Origin: Podarcis gaigeae
Taxonomy: Eukaryota
DNA length: 64,000 nucleotides
Strand: one strand, 5' to 3'
Assembly (NCBI GenBank): GCA_964106915.2
Contig: OZ066919.1
The first letter of the stretch is position 1; the number at the start of each line of letters is the position of its first letter. Below are positions 60,851 to 64,000 of the stretch, piece after piece. The translations under genes were made by a program, and so were the position numbers. Under the pieces are notes generated by a model. That model was given only the letters and a program-made list of their open reading frames with translations, made no database searches and had not been told where the DNA came from.

Positions 60851-61483
60851 AAGGGGGAAATGGCCTCTCTTGTGATGGAGAAGCAGCTACAGTATATAGG
60901 TAGACGAATGACGGGGTCTTTTAGTGCAGATTAATTAGTATCTCGTAATTTTTAACTTTTCCGTTTTCAACCTTTTTTGCGTTTTGCCCGATTCATTTAT
61001 TTTTGCCTTTTGGTATACAACTTTTCCTTTTTTGAATCTATGGGAATCTCGTGACGATTGCCAAAATTCAATATTATGCACATATCGTATTCATGGCATT
61101 TTATCCCGCTCTTCCTTCAAGCTCAGGCACCCCGCCACCCGTTTTTATTCCCTTTACACCCTTATAAGATGGGCTGCCTGAGAGACACAAGCCCAATGTC
61201 ACCGAGGGAGTTTTGTGGCAGAGGGGGCATTTGCACAGGGTTTCCGAAGTCCGATGGGCTAGCGATCAGAACGCTACATTTCCGGCAGTCCTTCATTCAT
61301 TGATATACAGTAAATCGTAATTACCGGTAACTTCAAAATAAGCAGACTTTTTAAATTCTTGCTTCCGCCTATACACGTATAAAACTGCGCTATGTGTCGG
61401 CATTAAAAGAAACGAACAGCATCATGCTTTCAACAACACTGTTCTATCCCTGTTGATTTTTGTGAAGTTGGTAAGCATTCAAA

Positions 61484-61495
61484 TCTATTTTTAAC
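61484..61495 (-). terminator. snRNA 3' box of U5 (GTTAAAAATAGA)
   Basis: Resembles the GTTTN(0-4)AANARNAGA consensus; 10 nt downstream of the mature 3' end. Confidence 0.75.
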
Positions 61496-61505
61496 AGCAA
61501 AAAAG

Positions 61506-61622
61506 TAGCCCCACCGAAGCGGGGCCTCAAAAAATTAGTTGTAAACTCATAACTGTTCCTCTCCACGGAAATCTTTAGTAAAAGGCGAAAGATTTATACG
61601 ATCTGAAGAGAAACCAGAGTAT
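61506..61622 (-). ncRNA. RNU5: U5 spliceosomal snRNA gene
   Basis: Reverse complement reads AUACUCUGGUUUCUCUUCAGAUCGUAUAAAUCUUUCGCCUUUUACUAAAGAUUUCCGUGGAGAGGAAC...AAUUUUUUGAGGCCCCGCUUCGGUGGGGCUA: invariant loop 1 GCCUUUUAC, Sm site and 3' stem-loop. Confidence 0.98.
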
Positions 61623-61659
61623 AAACTTAAGCACCGTGGTAGATTTGCTGGAGTAACCA

Positions 61660-61677
61660 CGCCGGCTTCTTAGGTGA
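61660..61677 (-). promoter_or_regulatory. U5 proximal sequence element (PSE), TCACCTAAGAAGCCGG
   Basis: TCACC core begins at -55 from the U5 +1. Confidence 0.65.
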
Positions 61678-61820
61678 CAGCAACTCCTTTAAACCAAGGG
61701 CTAAAATCTTGCTTTTCAACAATGAGTTATATTCCGGAATTTCTACTTGCTTTGAGAACCAGCACATGTAATATTTCACAACAGAAATAAACAGAAAATA
61801 CAGATAAAAGAATTAATTCA

Positions 61821-61855
61821 GCGCACTGCATTATGGTTGTGACTAAATGCAAAAT
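61821..61855 (-). promoter_or_regulatory. U5 distal sequence element: SPH/Staf (ZNF143) site plus imperfect octamer
   Basis: CAACCATAATGCAGTGCGC on - (61821-61839) and ATGCAAAA (61847-61854), at about -200 to -230. Confidence 0.6.
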
Positions 61856-62254
61856 AAGCTCACAAACTCTTCCTGCTTTACGCCCCGCCCTCACCCAAGC
61901 CGTCAGCAGAGGCTGGATGCCCATATCTGTCAGTGGCTTCCCTTGCTGCTACAGACTTGTTGGGTCTTGTTCATAATGGTGGTTCAATTTTCTACATACA
62001 GTACTTGGAAAAATGATACCACTGGATAATTACGTAGTGAGCAATGTAACTAACACGCAGGAAGTAGCAAGGCCCCATAAAAATCTACACTTGGCTATGA
62101 ACAACACACCACTGATTAGTTTCTTTTCAATCTATCATCTCCAAGGAAGAAAAAAAATGCCCTTTTTCAAAAAGAGGATTTCATACTAAAAATATATTTG
62201 CCAACAAATTTTCTTTTCAAATTCTAGTCTCAAACTCAGCAATAACAAAGTTGC

Positions 62255-62500
62255 CAACCCGAACCAATGGATTGAAAGCAGATTCTGACTAAACATCAAG
62301 AAACACTTTGACAGTAAGAGCTGTTCGACAGTGGAACAGACTCCCTGAGAAGGCTGTGGACTGTCCTTCACTGGAGGTTTTTAGCAGTGGCTGGCCACCT
62401 GTCATGGATGCTTTAGTTGAGATTCCTGCATTGCAGGGGGTTGGACTAGATAGCCCTTGGGGGTCCTTTCCAATTCTACAATTTCTATGATTCTATGATA
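62255..62500 (+). mobile_element. CR1 LINE 3' end
   Basis: TVRAVRQWNRLPEKAVDCPSLEVF; (attctatg)n tail. Confidence 0.85.
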
Positions 62501-62539
62501 CCAGTACTTGGTGTCTGTTTCTGCACTTTCTTTTAGGGT

Positions 62540-62890
62540 TATCACACTCCCCATAAATACATCTTCCCTGTGCTGGTGGCCATCAATGCGTCCTGTGGGA
62601 GCAAGTTCCTTAGTTTAAATATGTGCTGCATATTTAAACTACTTTTATCTGTTCCAAATCTTCCAACATTCAGCTTCATTGGATGTCCTTGAGTTCTAGC
62701 ACTATGAGAGAGGAAGAACATCTTTATCCTTTTTCTCCATACCATGCATAATTTTATAATCTTTTATTATGTCACCACTTACTCACCTTTTCTTTAAACT
62801 AAGATGTCCCAAATGCTGTGCCACCTTTCTTCCCAGGTGAGTTGCTCCATCCCATTTATCATTTAGGTTGCCCCTTTCTGAACCTTTTCC
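62540..62890 (-). mobile_element. CR1 LINE fragment
   Basis: ARTQGHPMKLNVGRFGTDK peptide. Confidence 0.75.
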
Positions 62891-63659
62891 AAGTCAAAGG
62901 CGCACAAATGTGCGTGTGGAAACAGATCCATGTATGCACGAATGCCGGAGTGTAGGGACAGCCTTTATTGCCCTGCATATAAACAACAGAAGAAGAAGAA
63001 GAATGGAATTGCTTTAAGAACATACACTCTCCTTAACTGTCCCTCCCCTCTAGTGACTGATGCAGGGAGGTGGCTGACACCCCAACCAGGTATTATAGAC
63101 TCAGCTCCTTCTTGGATTCTCAGATTGCACTTAGAGTTTCCCAGTAACAGCTCTTACTGATTTGGTTAATATTATGTATTGCATTTACTTTAGGCCTTTT
63201 TATTATTACACCTTTTCATGTCATAAACCTTTTTCCACTTTGTACATATGGTTAGGAATGGACTATATGTACATAAACATTTTTATTGAAGTGCTTGTGG
63301 ATTAGGCTTGCAGTAGCACACAATCCAGGCCAGATATTACAGAGTGCTATCACAGAAAGGGCCCTGTCAGAAATATAAAAAGCAAATAGAGACCAGGTGC
63401 ACACACAGATCTCCTCTCCTTAACAGATCTTAGGTAACAGCAAACATAAACAGTAGCTACTGCCATGGTGATTATTCCAATCACTCCTGGCTACTTTGCT
63501 GCATCATTTTGGCTGGCTAGCACCACCTGCCAGTTACCAGCATAGCAACTATAGAAACTCCATATGCTGTTGTAGTCCTTTCCTGCAAGGAAGAACAAGT
63601 GCCCAGTGCCTTCCAAATAAACACCACCCTTTGTGGAACAGCAGCAGCAGTCACTCCTC

Positions 63660-63848
63660 ATGATGACGGATCTGGTGACTTTCCACTGTGCCAACTGCGG
63701 GATGGGGTTCCGCTCCAGGCGGCTGCTAGAAAAGCACATGGAAAAATTCTGCATTGGAGAGGAGACTGCATCTGATGCCAGATACCGAAACAGGCAAGCC
63801 CTCCGTAAGGGGAAAGAGCCTAAGAAAGCAGAGACTCCGGACAGCATG
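63660..63848 (+). CDS. CCDC17: CCDC17-like gene, first coding exon (gene continues beyond the window)
   Basis: MMTDLVTFHCANCGMGFRSRRLLEKHMEKFCIGEETASDARYRNRQALRKGKEPKKAETPDSM|gtaaag. The CxxC..FRS..LL..H...FCIG zinc-finger-like motif matches the CCDC17 N-terminus as I recall it. Confidence 0.8.
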
Positions 63849-63929
63849 GTAAAGACCTGGCAATGTTTGTTAGACATTCCCCCAACATTTTGGGACCTAC
63901 TAGCTTGTGTGCTGGGGGGAAAAGTTATG

Positions 63930-64000
63930 CAGTGGCGTAGCGTGGGGGGTGCAGGGGGGGCCAGCCACACCGGGCGCAACATCTGGGGGTTAGGGTTAGG
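63930..64000. mobile_element. 5' end of a probable non-autonomous DNA element (CAGTGGCGTAGC terminus) with TTAGGG units, truncated by the window edge
   Basis: cagtggcgtagcgtggggggtgcaggggggg...gggttagggttagg. Confidence 0.5.

Noticed and set aside
63491-63982. 163-aa - strand ORF
   Set aside because: Antisense shadow of the CCDC17-like exon plus repeat sequence

Overview
This is vertebrate genomic DNA, most likely a squamate (lizard), judged from a Sauria SINE, BovB, Penelope and CR1-tailed SINE content. It is not prokaryotic, and most of the ORF track is intronic noise. By manual splicing I reconstruct three complete genes: TMEM53 (- strand, 3 exons, 277 aa), ARMH1/C1orf228 (+ strand, 11 coding exons, about 435 aa, head-to-head with TMEM53 at a CpG island) and KIF2C/MCAK (- strand, 21 exons, 720 aa, tail-to-tail with ARMH1). 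There is also an intact U5 snRNA gene with PSE, SPH/octamer-like DSE and 3' box about 1 kb upstream of KIF2C, and the first coding exon of a CCDC17-like gene that the ORF track misses. Notable details: a U12-type intron and a GC-AG intron in ARMH1; an R-to-W change in a conserved kinesin-13 motif at an exon junction; gene order that appears to differ from human; candidate conserved enhancers in the first 1.5 kb; a 116-bp near-perfect palindrome; and many MITEs, SINEs and LINE fragments. I did not find a clearly novel biological system; the findings are mostly unusual features of known gene classes.
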